Below, piece after piece: positions 25,966-39,800 of a stretch of DNA of 64,000 bases. Within the stretch, counting starts at the first letter, position 1. Each line of letters opens with the position of its first letter. The notes below the pieces were generated by a model. The model saw only the letters and a list, made by a program, of their open reading frames with translations, ran no database searches and had not been told where the DNA came from. This stretch comes from Eledone cirrhosa (lineage: Eukaryota): positions 2,976,001 to 3,040,000 of the forward strand of contig OZ024764.1 of the NCBI GenBank assembly GCA_964016885.1, read 5' to 3'. Both the position numbers and the translations under genes were made by a program.

Positions 25966-26519
25966 TATATATATATATATATATATATCAACTCATCTAC
26001 TGACTTGAGTTGGTGTAAGATTTTGGATATTTCCATCAAAGTTGATTTTGACACTAGCATGAGTTAAACAGGTTGTCACATTATGTAAGAGGTCAGCTCA
26101 GGTGACCCATATCTTGTTCATATGGATCTATATATTGGCTTGGTTTCTACAGCTGGATGCCCTTCCTAACGCCACTTTACAGCGTCTGCAGGGTGCTTTA
26201 TTGAGGCTGTCATGTCCTTAACACAGCTAAAGGGACCTTTCAACCCTTTGTTTGGCAGGCTTTTTACAGCTGGATGCCTTTCATGACACCAGTCATGTTG
26301 CAGAGTGTACTGGGTGCTTTTATTATGTAGCACTATTGAGGTTGCCATGTCCTTGACTCAACTGAAGGGTCCTCCTAACCCATTGTTTGACCATTTTCTA
26401 ACACCAACCACTTTACAGGGTGTACTGGGTGTATTTAATGTGTAGATCACCAACACTAGAGAGGTTGTGGTGTCTTTGACACAGCTAAAGGGTCCTCTCA
26501 ACCCTTTCTTTAGCAAGCT

Positions 26520-27134
26520 TTCTATCATCATTGTCATATGTCCGCTTATCCCTGTTTGCAAGGGTGGGACGGATCCTATTCAGCACAGCATCTCCCACTT
26601 GTCACGGTCCTTCGTCATCTCCTCTCTCTGTGCAATCTGAGGTCTGCTCTCACCACCTCCATCCATTTTTTTTGTGGTCTTCCTCTACTGCATCTTCCTT
26701 CAACTGGGATTTCTTGGCACTTCTTTACCTAGTGGTCATCCTCCATGCGCATCACATGTCCATACCATCTCAGTCTTCTCTCCTGCACACTACAGTTTAT
26801 CCCTCTAATACACAGTCTCTCTCAACTCGTCTATGCTTGGTCGTTCACACACATTGCCATTACACATACAACGGAGCATGCTTGCTTCTTTTCTCTCCAG
26901 CCGTTGCATATCCTCAGTAGTTGCTGCCCATGTCTTCCTTGGTCTTCCTCAACTGCGTCTTCCTTCCACTGGGATGTCTTGGCACCTCTTTACCCAGCGG
27001 TCATCCTCCATGTACATCACATGTCCATACCATCTCAGTCTTCTCTCCCGCACACTACAGTTTATCCTTCTTATACACAGTTTCTCTCTCAACACAAGCA
27101 TGCTTGCTTCATTTCTCTCCAACCTTCACATATC

Positions 27135-27140
<6 letters not shown>
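26520..27140 (-). mobile_element. RTE LINE 3' ORF fragments with internal duplication. Related piece near 21950-22145
   Basis: Reverse strand encodes RRLRWYGHVMRM and GRPQKKW-like motifs, the first of them twice. Confidence 0.75.
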
Positions 27141-27198
<58 letters not shown>

Positions 27199-27316
27199 CA
27201 AAGGGATATTTAATTTGTTGGTAATTCGTGAGCGTACCAAAGTTTTGGTGCCCTTGAAATATATGTAATAGAATAAATATGGTTTTATAAATATAGTTTC
27301 CATTTATTAATATCAT

Positions 27317-27372
<56 letters not shown>

Positions 27373-27664
27373 ATAATAATAAATTTGAAGACTAAAATCC
27401 AAAGAGGGCTCGATAAGGATAACTATATATCAACTATATAAATACTGTAGAGCAAATATTTATTATTATTTTAATAAATATATATATATATATACATATA
27501 GATAGATAAATATACACGGGTGTGTATGATTGTGTATAGAAGATTATATTAATAAGAGGAATTCCAACTTTGTCTGATTTACTCGTTTTATTTACAATCC
27601 TTTAAAATGTATAATGGTATTATAATGAAATAGTATGATAGAATATTAAATGTTAAGTGTTAAT

Positions 27665-27704
27665 TGAACAAGTACTTTCATGCTTTCGCAATCTTCAGGT
27701 TCAT
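27665..27704 (-). ncRNA. Very compact hammerhead motif in the centre of palindrome 27545-27870
   Basis: Reverse complement: TGAAC-CTGAAGA-TTGC-GAAA-GCAT-GAAA-GTAC-TT-GTTCA. Palindromic stem III AGTACT and a GNRA loop on stem II. Confidence 0.7.
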
Positions 27705-27862
27705 AATATGTGGTGACAGTCAAGTTTGCAGTTGAAAATTGCAAACTTGTCTTAGCACTTAGAATTTAATATTCTACCATACTATTTCATTATAATACCA
27801 TTATAAATTTTAAAGGATTGTAAATAAAACGAGTAAATCAGACAAAGTTGGAATTCCTCTTA

Positions 27863-27929
<67 letters not shown>

Positions 27930-28340
27930 CATCATCATCATCACCGTTTTACGTCCGTTCTTCCACGCTAGCATGGGTTAGACGGGTTGTTCTGTTGTAG
28001 GCAGTGTCTGGTCGGCTGACCTTGTCTTGCTCATACAGGAACTGATCTGGCTTGATTTCTACAGCTGGATGCCCTTCCTAACACCAACCTCATTTACAGT
28101 GAGTGCTGGGTGCTTTTTCTGTGGTGCCTACACGTCCACTTTACAGTGTGGGCTGGGTGCTTTTTTGCCGTGGCACCTCCACGACCACCTTGCGGTGGGG
28201 GGTGTGGGAGCATATTGTCTATATGCTTCAGCTTGTACCCATGGGAGGTTGGGTACTCTGTAATATATATGTATATATATATGTATGTCATATGGTATGT
28301 TGTATGATTGATTAAATCTCTTCTCTTCTCTTCCCCACAG

Positions 28341-28439
28341 AAACTGAAATACAGAAACCTGGATGAATTAGCGGCAGATATGAACCTCATATTTGATAAT
28401 GCCCGGCATTATAATACTGATGAATCTTCTCTCTACAAG
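28341..28439 (+). CDS. PBRM1: Polybromo-1 exon, BD3 helix B/BC loop: [33 protein letters not shown]
   Basis: Acceptor ttccccacag ending at 28340, donor GTAAAC at 28440. 99 nt, phase 0 to 0. Contains the Y..L.....D..LIF.NA..YN motif with the acetyl-lysine-binding Asn intact. Confidence 0.95.
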
Positions 28440-28472
28440 GTAAACATAGACTAACTGGTTGATGTGGTCAAA

Positions 28473-28503
<31 letters not shown>

Positions 28504-28536
28504 ATGAAATATATATATATGAAATATACATATATG

Positions 28537-28704
<168 letters not shown>

Positions 28705-28907
28705 TATATATATGAAATATATATATGTATATATTATATATATATATATATATATGAAATATATATATATATATATGAAATATATATATATATATATGAA
28801 ATATATATATAATATATATGAAATATATATATATAATATATATATATATAATATATATATATATAATATATATATATATATATAATATATATATATAATA
28901 TATATAT

Positions 28908-28938
<31 letters not shown>

Positions 28939-28944
28939 ATATAT

Positions 28945-28976
<32 letters not shown>

Positions 28977-29068
28977 ATATATATGAAATATATAACATAT
29001 ATGAAATATATATATATTATATATGAAAAATATACACATATATATGTATGTATGTTTATATATGTGTA

Positions 29069-29133
<65 letters not shown>

Positions 29134-29319
29134 CATACATACATACACATATACATTATACATGTATGCGTGTGTGTATATTTGTATATATGTATATAAA
29201 TAAGGTGTTCATGGTTCCGTGACTGGGAAGACCATGAACTGGAGTAAACCTCAATACTCAGGGAGGAGTGGAATAGATAAGTTCAGATACAACTGAGTGA
29301 CTCCTTGATGTGGATTATA

Positions 29320-29377
<58 letters not shown>

Positions 29378-29404
29378 ATACATATATATATATACATATG
29401 CATA

Positions 29405-29547
<143 letters not shown>

Positions 29548-30564
29548 GACTCCATTTTGCACACATCCTGTTATTTTGTAATAATCAACTCCGTACTCGC
29601 ACCACCAACTACACAAACGAAGACGGGTGGTTGCATCACGTTGAGTGCTTTCCATAACATAACATTACATCGTGGCTGACCACACAGAGTGACCAGTTCT
29701 ATCCAGTGGTGAACCAACAAACCCAAATATATATATATATATATATACACACATACATATATATACAAATGGAGGCACATGGCTTAGTGGTTAGAGCATT
29801 GGCCTTGCAATCGAAAGGTTGTGAGTTCAATTCTCAGCCCGGGTGATGTGTTGTTTCCTTGAGCAAGACACTTTATTTCACATTGCTCCAGTTTACTCAG
29901 CTGTAGAAGTGAGATGATAGGGACTGGGGTCCCTATCATTCCACTGCAAAGTGGTCGTGGAGGTGCCACGGCAAAAAAGCACCCAGCACTCACTGTAAAT
30001 GAGGTTGGTGTTAGGAAGGGCATCCAGCTGTAGAAATCAAGCCAGTATCAGTTCCCGTCCCACCCTTGCAAGCAGGGAAAAAGCGGACGTAAAATGAAAT
30101 GATGATGATGAAGATGATATATATATATATATATATAATTTCTTTTAGCTTCTCCCTATCGGCATGGGAATTTTTTGTAATACATATATATGTTTGTATA
30201 TATAGATGATATATATGCAATATATATATATACACACATTATACATCGTCAGGTACCAAAGGGTTCATATTGTGCTTACACAATGTGCAATAATTAAATG
30301 CTAGATGTTATTCTAGCTAATGCAAACAGACTATCACATACACCCACACACACACATATATATAATTGTATATATATATATATACACACACACCCACACA
30401 CGTGTGTGTGTGTGGGGGTGTGTGAAGGAGAGAGAGATTTTTTTCTTTACATTTCAAATGGAAGCCTGTCTTTCTTTTTTATAAGTTCATATTTAAAATT
30501 TTTGTTGGATGATTTTAATTCAAATAGTAACCTTTTAAATTGGATATTTTAATTTAAATAGGCA

Positions 30565-32465
30565 CCCTTTAAAATGGGTGGTTTAGTTTCATAGAACTAG
30601 GGCCTTTTTTGACTGGGTTGGTATCTAGCAGCTTAAAGAGGAACCCTTTAAAATGGGTGGTTTAGTTTCATAGAACTAGAGCCTTTTTTGACGACTGGGT
30701 TGGTATCTAGCAGCTTAAAGAGGAACCCTTTAAAATGGGTGGTTTAGTTTCATAGAACTAGGGCCTTTTTTGACGACTGGGTTGGTATCTAGCAGCTTAA
30801 AGAGGAACCCTTTAAAATGGGTGGTTTAGTTTCATAGAACTAGAGCCTTTTTTGACGACTGGGTTGGTATCTAGCAGCTTAAAGAGGAACCCTTTAAAAT
30901 GGGTGGTTTAGTTTCATAGAACTAGAGCCTTTTTTGACGACTGGGTTGGTATCTAGCAGCTTAAAGAGGAACCCTTTAAAATGGGTGGTTTAGTTTCATA
31001 GAACTAGTGCCTTTTTTGACTGGGTTGGTATCTAGCAGCTTAAAGAGGCACCCTTTAAAATGGGTGGTTTAGTTTCATAGCACTAGAGCCTTTTTTGACG
31101 ACTGGGTTGGTATCTGGCAACTTAAAGAGGAACCCTTTAAAATGGGTGGTTTAGTTTCATAGAACTAGGGCCTTTTTTGACTGGGTTGGTATCTAGCAGC
31201 TTAAAGAGGAACCCTTTAAAATGGGTGGTTTAGTTTCATAGAACTAGGGCCTTTTTTGACTGGGTTGGTATCTAGCAGCTTAAAGAGGAACCCTTTAAAA
31301 TGGGTGGTTTAGTTTCATAGAACTAGGGCCTTTTTTGACTGGGTTGGTATCTGGCAACTTAAAGAGGAACCCTTTAAAATGGGTGGTTTAGTTTCATAGA
31401 ACTAGGGCCTTTTTTGACTGGGTTGGTATCTAGCAGCTTAAAGAGGAACCCTTTAAAATGGGTGGTTTAGTTTCATAGAACTAGGGCCTTTTTTGACTGG
31501 GTTGGTATCTAGCAGCTTAAAGAGGAACCCTTTAAAATGGGTGGTTTAGTTTCATAGAACTAGGGCCTTTTTTGACGACTGGGTTGGTATCTGGCAACTT
31601 AAAGAGGAACCCTTTAAAATGGGTGGTTTAGGTTCATAGAACTAGGGCCTTTTTTGACTGGGTTGGTATCTGGCAGCTTAAAGAAGAACCCTTTAAAATG
31701 GGTGGTTTAGTTTCATAGAACTAGGGCCTTTTTTGACTGGGTTGGTATCTGGCAGCTTAAAGAGGAACCCTTTAAAATGGGTGGTTTAGTTTCATAGAAC
31801 TAGGGCCTTTTTTGACTGGGTTGGTATCTGGCAGCTTAAAGAGGAACCCTTTAAAATGGGTGGTTCGTTTAGAGCTGGTTTTGGTCTGGTTAATTTGAAA
31901 AGGGTTAGTCAGGGATTCTTGGTGTAGAGCTGGTTTTGGCTGGTTAGTGTCATAAAGGTTAAATAGAAACCCTTTAAAAGGGGTGGGTTTGAATCATTTA
32001 ACCTGGGTCTGTATTTTGCTGGTTAGTGTCAAAATGGTTTCTCAGGAACCCTTTAAAAGGGGTGGGTTTGAATCATTGAATCTGAGTCTGTATTTTGCTG
32101 GTTAGTGTCAAAAGGGTTTATCAGGAACTCTTTAAAAGGGGTGGGTTTGTATCATTGAACCTGGGTCTGTATTTTGCTGGTTAGTGTCAAAAGGGTTTCT
32201 CAGGAACCCGTTAAAAGGGGTGGATTTGTATCATTGAACCTGGGTCTGTATTTTTCTGGTTAGTGTCAAAAGGGGTGGGTTTGTATCATTGAACCTGGGT
32301 CTGTATTTTTCTGGTTAGTGTCAAAAGGGTTTCTCAGGAACCCTTTAAAAGGGGTGGGTTTGAATCATAGAACCTGGGTCTGTATTTTGCTGGTTAGTGT
32401 CAAAAGGGTTTCTCAGGAACCCTTTAAAAGGGGTGGGTTTGTATCTTTGAACCAGAGCTGCTTTT
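30565..32465. repeat. Two adjacent related 79-bp satellites (30565-31865 and about 31965-32465)
   Basis: Both units begin aaccctttaaaa.gggtgg.ttt. The first has a +3 (cga) variant. Confidence 0.92.
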
Positions 32466-32625
32466 GGCTGGGTTAGTATGAAAAGAGTAAAGAAATATAA
32501 TTTTTTACCTTCTTTTTTAAGGATCAGGTTTGTGCCCTGATGAAACAAGTTGTTAAGGTTTCAGTTCTCACCTTTGCTGGATTAGTTCTTTTATATTTGT
32601 GTCGTATCACTGTCGAAAAACCCCC

Positions 32626-32905
32626 ATTGTCACCATCACCATCACCCCCATTGTCACCATCACCATCACCACCATCACCATCACCATCACCACCATCACC
32701 ACCGTCACCATCACCCCCCATTGTCACCACCACCATCACCACCATTGTCACCACCACCACCATCACCATCATCACCACCACCATTGTCACCACCATCACC
32801 ATCACCACCACCACCACCATCGCCACCATCACCACCATCACCACCACCACCACCACCATCACCACCACCATCATAAGTACTACCATCACCATCATCACCA
32901 CAATC
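32626..32905. repeat. (CAC/CAT)n trinucleotide repeat, followed by (TA/TG)n to about 33840
   Basis: Low-complexity tandem repeat. Confidence 0.95.
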
Positions 32906-32967
32906 GTGATATTGTGGCGTGAGTCTTGATCTGTCTGTCTGTCTCTTTGTATTTGGGTGTGTGTGTG

Positions 32968-33004
<37 letters not shown>

Positions 33005-33162
33005 GTGTGTGTATATATATATATGTATATATGTGTGTGTATATATATATATATGTGTGTGTATATGTGGGTATATATATATATATGTGTGTGTATATGT
33101 GTATATATATGTCTGTATATATGTGTGTGTATATGTGGGTATATATATATATATGTATATAC

Positions 33163-33256
<94 letters not shown>

Positions 33257-33283
33257 ATATGTGGGTATATATATATATATATA

Positions 33284-33336
<53 letters not shown>

Positions 33337-33368
33337 GTGGGTATATATATATATATATATGTATATAC

Positions 33369-33436
<68 letters not shown>

Positions 33437-33803
33437 ATATGTGGGTATATATATATGTATATATGTGTGTATATATATATATATATGTGTGTATATGTGG
33501 GTATATATATATATATATATATGTATATATGTGTGTGTATATATGCATATATGTGTGTGTATATGTGGGTATATATATATATATATGTATATACGTGTGT
33601 GTATATGTGGGTATATATATGCATATATGTGTGTATATGTGGGTATATATATATATATGTATATATGTGTGTGTATATATGCATATGTGGGTATATATAT
33701 ATATATATATATGTATATATGTGTATATATGTGTGTGTATATGTGGGTATATATATATATGTGTGTGTATATGTGGGTATATATATATATATATGTGTAT
33801 ATA

Positions 33804-33841
<38 letters not shown>

Positions 33842-34067
33842 CAATATATACAATATATTAAGAAATGGAAACTATATTTATAAAACCATATTTATTTCAT
33901 TATACATATTTCAAGGGCAAACTATGGTGCGCTTTCATCAGATAAAATATAATATAGGTTAGTTTTATAAATAAATATTGACATACCCTATCCAGGAGAT
34001 TCCAACCAGAATGGTTGCATTTTTTAAGGGTATGTCAATATTTATTTATAAAACTAACCTATATTAT

Positions 34068-34131
34068 ATTCTATCTGATGAAAGCGCACCATAATCTGCC
34101 TTGGTGGCCCTTGAAATATGTATAATGAGAT
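34068..34131 (+). ncRNA. Hammerhead motif. Mirror at 33894-33948(-), within palindrome near 33853-34168
   Basis: TTCTAT-CTGATGA-AAGCGCACCA...TGGTGGCCCTT-GAAA-TATGTA-TA-ATGAGAT. Same family as 704 and 20448. Confidence 0.7.
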
Positions 34132-34258
34132 ATGGTTTTATAAATATAGTTTCTATTTGTTAATATATCGTATATTTACTCCAATAATTTGTTGAGTGCT
34201 TTATATCAGTTATAAAAATATTTTGCTTGTTGTATCCCAACAAATTAAATATAACTTC

Positions 34259-34299
<41 letters not shown>

Positions 34300-34440
34300 A
34301 CACTGTAAATGTGGTTGGTGTTAGGAAGGGCATCCAGCTGTAGAAAACCCGCCAGACAGTCCTATGTGAGCAAGACAACCACTCTTGCCTCAAGTGGGAA
34401 AACTCCCATGCAAGCGTGGAACATGGACGTTAAACGATGA

Positions 34441-34478
<38 letters not shown>

Positions 34479-34964
34479 AGAGGTATTCAGATAGATATGT
34501 CTTACAGCTGTGACACTGCACCTGTCATTTGAGGGCCTGGAGTTTCTTAGTTTAGGCACCTTTCAACAATTTTAATATATTTCAGTATATTTTACTATAT
34601 AAAAACATGGAGTTTGCGATGAATGTTGAGAAGGGAAATGGAATGAGAGGGTTTGGTCATGTGTTGAGGAAGGATGAAAGTGGCTGGATGAGAGGAATGG
34701 AGTCAGTGGTATATATTGTGAAAAGAAATGGAATGAGATGGTTGGGTCATGTGTTGAAGAATGGAGCCAGTGATGGATGCTGTGAAGAGAAACGACTTTT
34801 CTTTCAAATATGATAGATTGAAAACAAGACAGAACCTTGACACGGCTGGCTTCCCATCTCAACCGAAGCCCACTAGCCTCGACTAGGGTAATGGTTAGCT
34901 TCCAGACAGAAGAACCCTCTCCCCATTCGAGGGAGGCAGAGGCAGGCAACTAAATACCAAAGCT

Positions 34965-36363
34965 TGACTGTAAGTGTCATGACAAAAAGTACCCAGTCCA
35001 CACTGTAAAGTGGTCATGTAGGTGTCACAACAAAAAGTACCCAGTCCACACTGTAAAGTGGTCATGTAGGTGTCACAACAAAAAGTACCCAGTCCACACT
35101 GTAAAGTGGTCATGTAGGTGTCACAACAAAAAGTACCCAGTCCACACTGTAAAGTGGTCATGTAGGTGTCACGACAAAAAGTACCCAGTCCACACTGTAA
35201 AGTGGTCATGTAGGTGTCACGACAAAAAGCACCCAGTCCACACTGTAAAGTGGTCATGTAGGTGTCACAACAAAAAGTACCCAGTCCACACTGTAAAGTG
35301 GTCATGTAGGTATCACAACAAAGAGTACCCAGTCCACACTGTAAAGTGGTTATGTAGGTTTCACAACAAAAAGTACCCAGTCCACACTGTAAAGTGGTCA
35401 TGTCGGTGTCACAACAAAAAGTACCCAGTCCACACTGTAAAGTGGTCATGTAGGTGTCAACAAAAAGTACCCAGTTCACACTGTAAAGTGGTCATGTCGG
35501 TGTCACGACAAAAAGCACCCAGTCCACACTGTAAAATGGTCATGTAGGTGTCACAACAAAAAGCACCCAGTCCACACTGTAAAGTGGTCATGTATGTGTC
35601 ACAACAAAAAGTACCCAGTCCAGACTGTAAAGTGGTCATGTCGGTGTCACGACAAAAAGCACCCAGTCCAGACTGTGAAGTGGTCATGTAGGTGTCACAA
35701 CAAAAAGTACCCAGTCCACACTGTGAAGTGGTCATGTAGGTGTCACAACAAAAAGTACCCAGTCCACACTGTAAAGTAGTCATGTAGGTGTCACAACAAA
35801 AAGTCCCCAGTCCACACTGTGAAGTGGTCATGTAGGTGTCACAACAAAAAGTACCCAGTCCACACTGTGAAGTGGTCATGTAGGTGTCACAACAAAAAGT
35901 ACCCAGTCCACACTGTAAAGTGGTCATGTAGGTGTCACAACAAAAAGTACCCAGTCCACACTGTAAAGTGGTCACGTAGGTATCACAACAAAAAGTACCC
36001 AGTCCACACTGTAAAGTGGTCATGTAGGTGTCACAACAAAAAGTACCCAGTCCAAACAGTAAAGTGGTCATCTAGGTGTCACAACAAAGAACACCCAGTC
36101 CACACTGTAAAGTGGTCATGTAGGTGTCACAACAAATAGTACCCAGTCCACACTGTAAAGTGGTCATGTAGGTGTCACAACAAATAGTACCCAGTCCACA
36201 CTGTAAAAGTGTTTGGTGTTAGGAAGGGCATCCAGTCGTAGAAAACCTGCCAGAAACTTTCCTATATGAACGAGACTTGGTCACCCAATCAAACTTGCTT
36301 CAAGTGGGACAATCCCTTCTAACCCATGCTTGCATGGAAGATAGACGTTAAACGATGATGATG
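34965..36363 (+). repeat. 48-bp minisatellite expanded inside an RTE-type 3' tail (caaaaagtacccagtccacactgtaaagtggtcatgtaggtgtcacaa)n
   Basis: About 25 units running directly into ggtgttaggaagggcatcc...(gat)n. Confidence 0.95.
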
Positions 36364-36865
36364 TCCATTTTCATTTAAAGGGGTATTCTAAAGTGTTTAT
36401 TGCCACACCAAGTATATATATAGAGAGAGATAGACACGTACATATGTATACACACAGGCATATATATATATATGTGTGTTAGGAATGGCGATCAACTGTA
36501 TAAACCCCATCTAAATATAATCCTTGTCAGAGCAAGGAACGGCCTGGCCAAATTTATTATATATATGTGAGTTCAATTCTCAGACCGGGTGATGTGTTGT
36601 TTCCTTGAGCAAGACACTTTATTTCACATTGCTCCAGTTTACTCAGCTGTAGAAATGAGATGATAGGGACTAGGGTCCCTATCATTCCACTGCAAAGTGG
36701 TCGTGGAGGTGCCACGGCAAAAAAGCACCCAGCACTCACTGTAAATGAGGTTGGTGTTAGGAAGGGCATCCAGCTGTAGAAATCAAGCCAGTATCAGTTC
36801 CCGTCCCACCCTTGCAAGCAGGGAAAAGTGGGCGTAAAATGAAATGATGATGAATGATATATATA

Positions 36866-39800
36866 TATCATTCATCATCATCTTTGTTTAACGTCCATTT
36901 TCCATGCTAGCATGGGTTAGACGGGAGTTGTCTCACTTGAGGCAAGGCTGGTCGGCTGACCGTGTCTCGCTCATATAGGACTATCTGGCAGGTTTTCTAC
37001 GGCTGGATGCCCTTCCTAACACCAACCACATTTACAGTGTGGAACTGGGAACTTTTTACCGTGTTACCTACACGGCCACATTACAGCGTGGACTGTGTGT
37101 TTTTTTCTCGTGACACCTACACGATCTCGATCTCATTATCTCATTTATTTGGACTGGATGTTGTGGTACCAACTTTACAGAGAGAGGGTGGTGTTGGTGG
37201 GAGTGGGAGGATAGGGTAGGGGTAGTGGATTGGGGTGTATATTTGGTTAATAATAATAATAATAATAATAATGAAATTATTGTGTAAAGTGCTCAGGTGC
37301 ACTACAACTCGTCAATATAGTACATAGAATAATACACAAATGTCAGGGAAGTACATGTGTGTATGTGTTAAGAGGTGCCTACTGACTAGGTTTCACTTTG
37401 TACATAGGCAAGGCGTGTCTTCTGTATTACTGCGTAGCGCCAAAGATCTCGGTCCAGTGACATTGTCTTGGAGAGGTGTAAGTGTGTAAGGTTGGAATTT
37501 ACCAGATGGTCCCAGGTTTTTCTGGGTCTACCTACTCCGTAACTACCATCAATTTTGATTGCCCTGCACGTTTTTATACAGCTGTTGTCTTTCATGCGCA
37601 TCACGTGGCCATACCAACGTAGTCTTCTCTCGAGTAATCATCTGATCCCTCTTATTTTTAATTTCTCACTTAGTTCACGTTAATTACTATTACACATCCA
37701 CGTGGCCATACCAACGTAGTCTTCTCTCGAGAAATCATCTGATCCCTCTTATTTTTAATTTCTCACTTAGTTCATTTATGCTTTGCCGTTCACGTATATT
37801 ACTATTACACATCCAACGGGGCATGCATGCTTCGTTCCTTTCCAGTCTGCGTATATCCTCTGCATGCAATGCCCATGTCTCACTGCCATGTAGCATTGCT
37901 GTTCGTATACAGGCATCATACAGTCTGCCTTTCAATTTTAGAGAGAAACCTTTTGTCGCCAACAGCGGTATAAGCTCTCTGAATTTTTCCCATCCCGTTC
38001 TGACTCTGGCTACTGTACTTTCAGAACACCCTCCACCACTGCTGATTTCGTCACCCAGGTAACGGAAAGTGTCTACTATTTCTATAGAACCATCTGGGCA
38101 ATAGAAGGAGCTAGCATCCTGTGGACACTTGCTACCTATTGCATCTGAGCATCGGCCACATATAAGGTCTACGTTCTTAGATAGTTTACCTGTGATCCCA
38201 CTACATCTTTTATGTACCCATACTTTGCATTTGGGACATAAAATTGAATTTCTGCCTACTCCTTTCCTACACACTGAGCATGGCCATTTCCCTGAGGGCA
38301 CCTGTGCCTTATTTTCCTTTCTACAAACTAGGACTTTAGTCTTAGACGAGTTAACTTTAAGGCCTTTTGATTCTAGGCTATGCTTCCATGTTTGGAATTT
38401 CTTTTCCAGTTCAGCCATTGATTCAGCTATGAGAGTTAGATCATCTGCGTATTGGAGTTCCCATGGGCAGCCGGTCTTGAACTCCTCTGTTATAGCCTGA
38501 AGGTCAATAATAAATAGGGAGAGGGCTAAGGACAGAGCCTTGGTGAACACCAACTTTTACACTAAATTCTTCACAATATTCATTGTCAATTCTAACCTTG
38601 CTGACTGTTTCATTATACATAGCTTGTATAGCTCTCACAAGCCATTCATCTACACCTAGTTTTCTAAGAGCCCACCAGATAATGGAGCAGGGGACTCTGT
38701 CAAAGGCTTTTTCCAGGTCTACAAAATCTAAGTAGAGGGGTTTACTTTTAGCTAGGTACTTCTCTTGTAGTTGTCGTACAAGGAAAAGAGCGTCTGTGGT
38801 ACTTTTACCTGTCACAAACCCAAACTGCATTTCATCTAGATCAATTCGCTCTCTGATTAGTTGCGCTATAACTCTTTTTGTGACCTTCATGACCTCGTCA
38901 ACTAACTTAATGCCTCTATAGTTTCCTCTATCTAGAGCATCTCCTTTACTCTTGTAGCAGTTAATGATGATGCTGCTCCGCCAGTCATTTGGTATGACCC
39001 CATTCTGTATTACTTGGTTAACTATACGGGTGACCATAGTATGTCCCACCATTCCAGATGCCTTCAACATCTCAGCAACTATCTCCGAAGGCCCAGCTGC
39101 CTTGCCTGTCTTCATATCGTTGATTGCCTTACTTATTATACTACCTTTAACTTGCACCGCTGGTCCTTCTATTGGATCGATTTGGGGCAGACTATCTTTT
39201 TCCCATTTATTCTCCTCATTTAATAGTCTCTCATAGTGACACTTCCAGGCTATCTTCTTATCAGTATCAGTGAGGGCAAGTACACCATTATCATTACGGA
39301 CACACTTCTCCCCGACAATATCACGGTTTTCCTTGACACATTGTCTAGCAATCCTGAACACCTCGTGTTTTTGGTCCTCATGTTGTAGAACATTCTTGAA
39401 CTTTCTATCCTCTGCTTCCCTTTTTGCAAGGTACACTTGACTCCTAGCTTTTCTCCTGGCCACTTGATAGTGCTCTCTACTTCCCCCATCCTGCCATACT
39501 TTCTAAGCCTGCTTTTTGGCCTTGATTGTCTCTTCCACTTAACTGTTCCACCACCAAGTTACTCTCCTCCTGCCAATAGGTCTGCTCCAGCCACAGATTT
39601 CATCCGTTGCTTTCAGCAGGTTCACTTTCAAGAATTCCCACTGTTCCTCTATATCGCATGTCTCTAATTGCTCTTCCTTATTGTCAAAGGCATCAAGTAA
39701 TATGCTTTTAAATTTGTCACTGGCTATGGGGTCCCTCAACTTCCATATTCTTCTCCTCAAGGTAGACCTCCTCTGTCGTCGAGAACGTCTATTCCTGACT

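Noticed and set aside
32522-32929. Possible exon after ttttttaag, CTGATGA at 32537, and poly-His/Thr/Pro ORFs
   Set aside because: No convincing donor or PBRM1 similarity, no GAAA/stem I for a hammerhead, and the downstream ORFs are a trinucleotide repeat.
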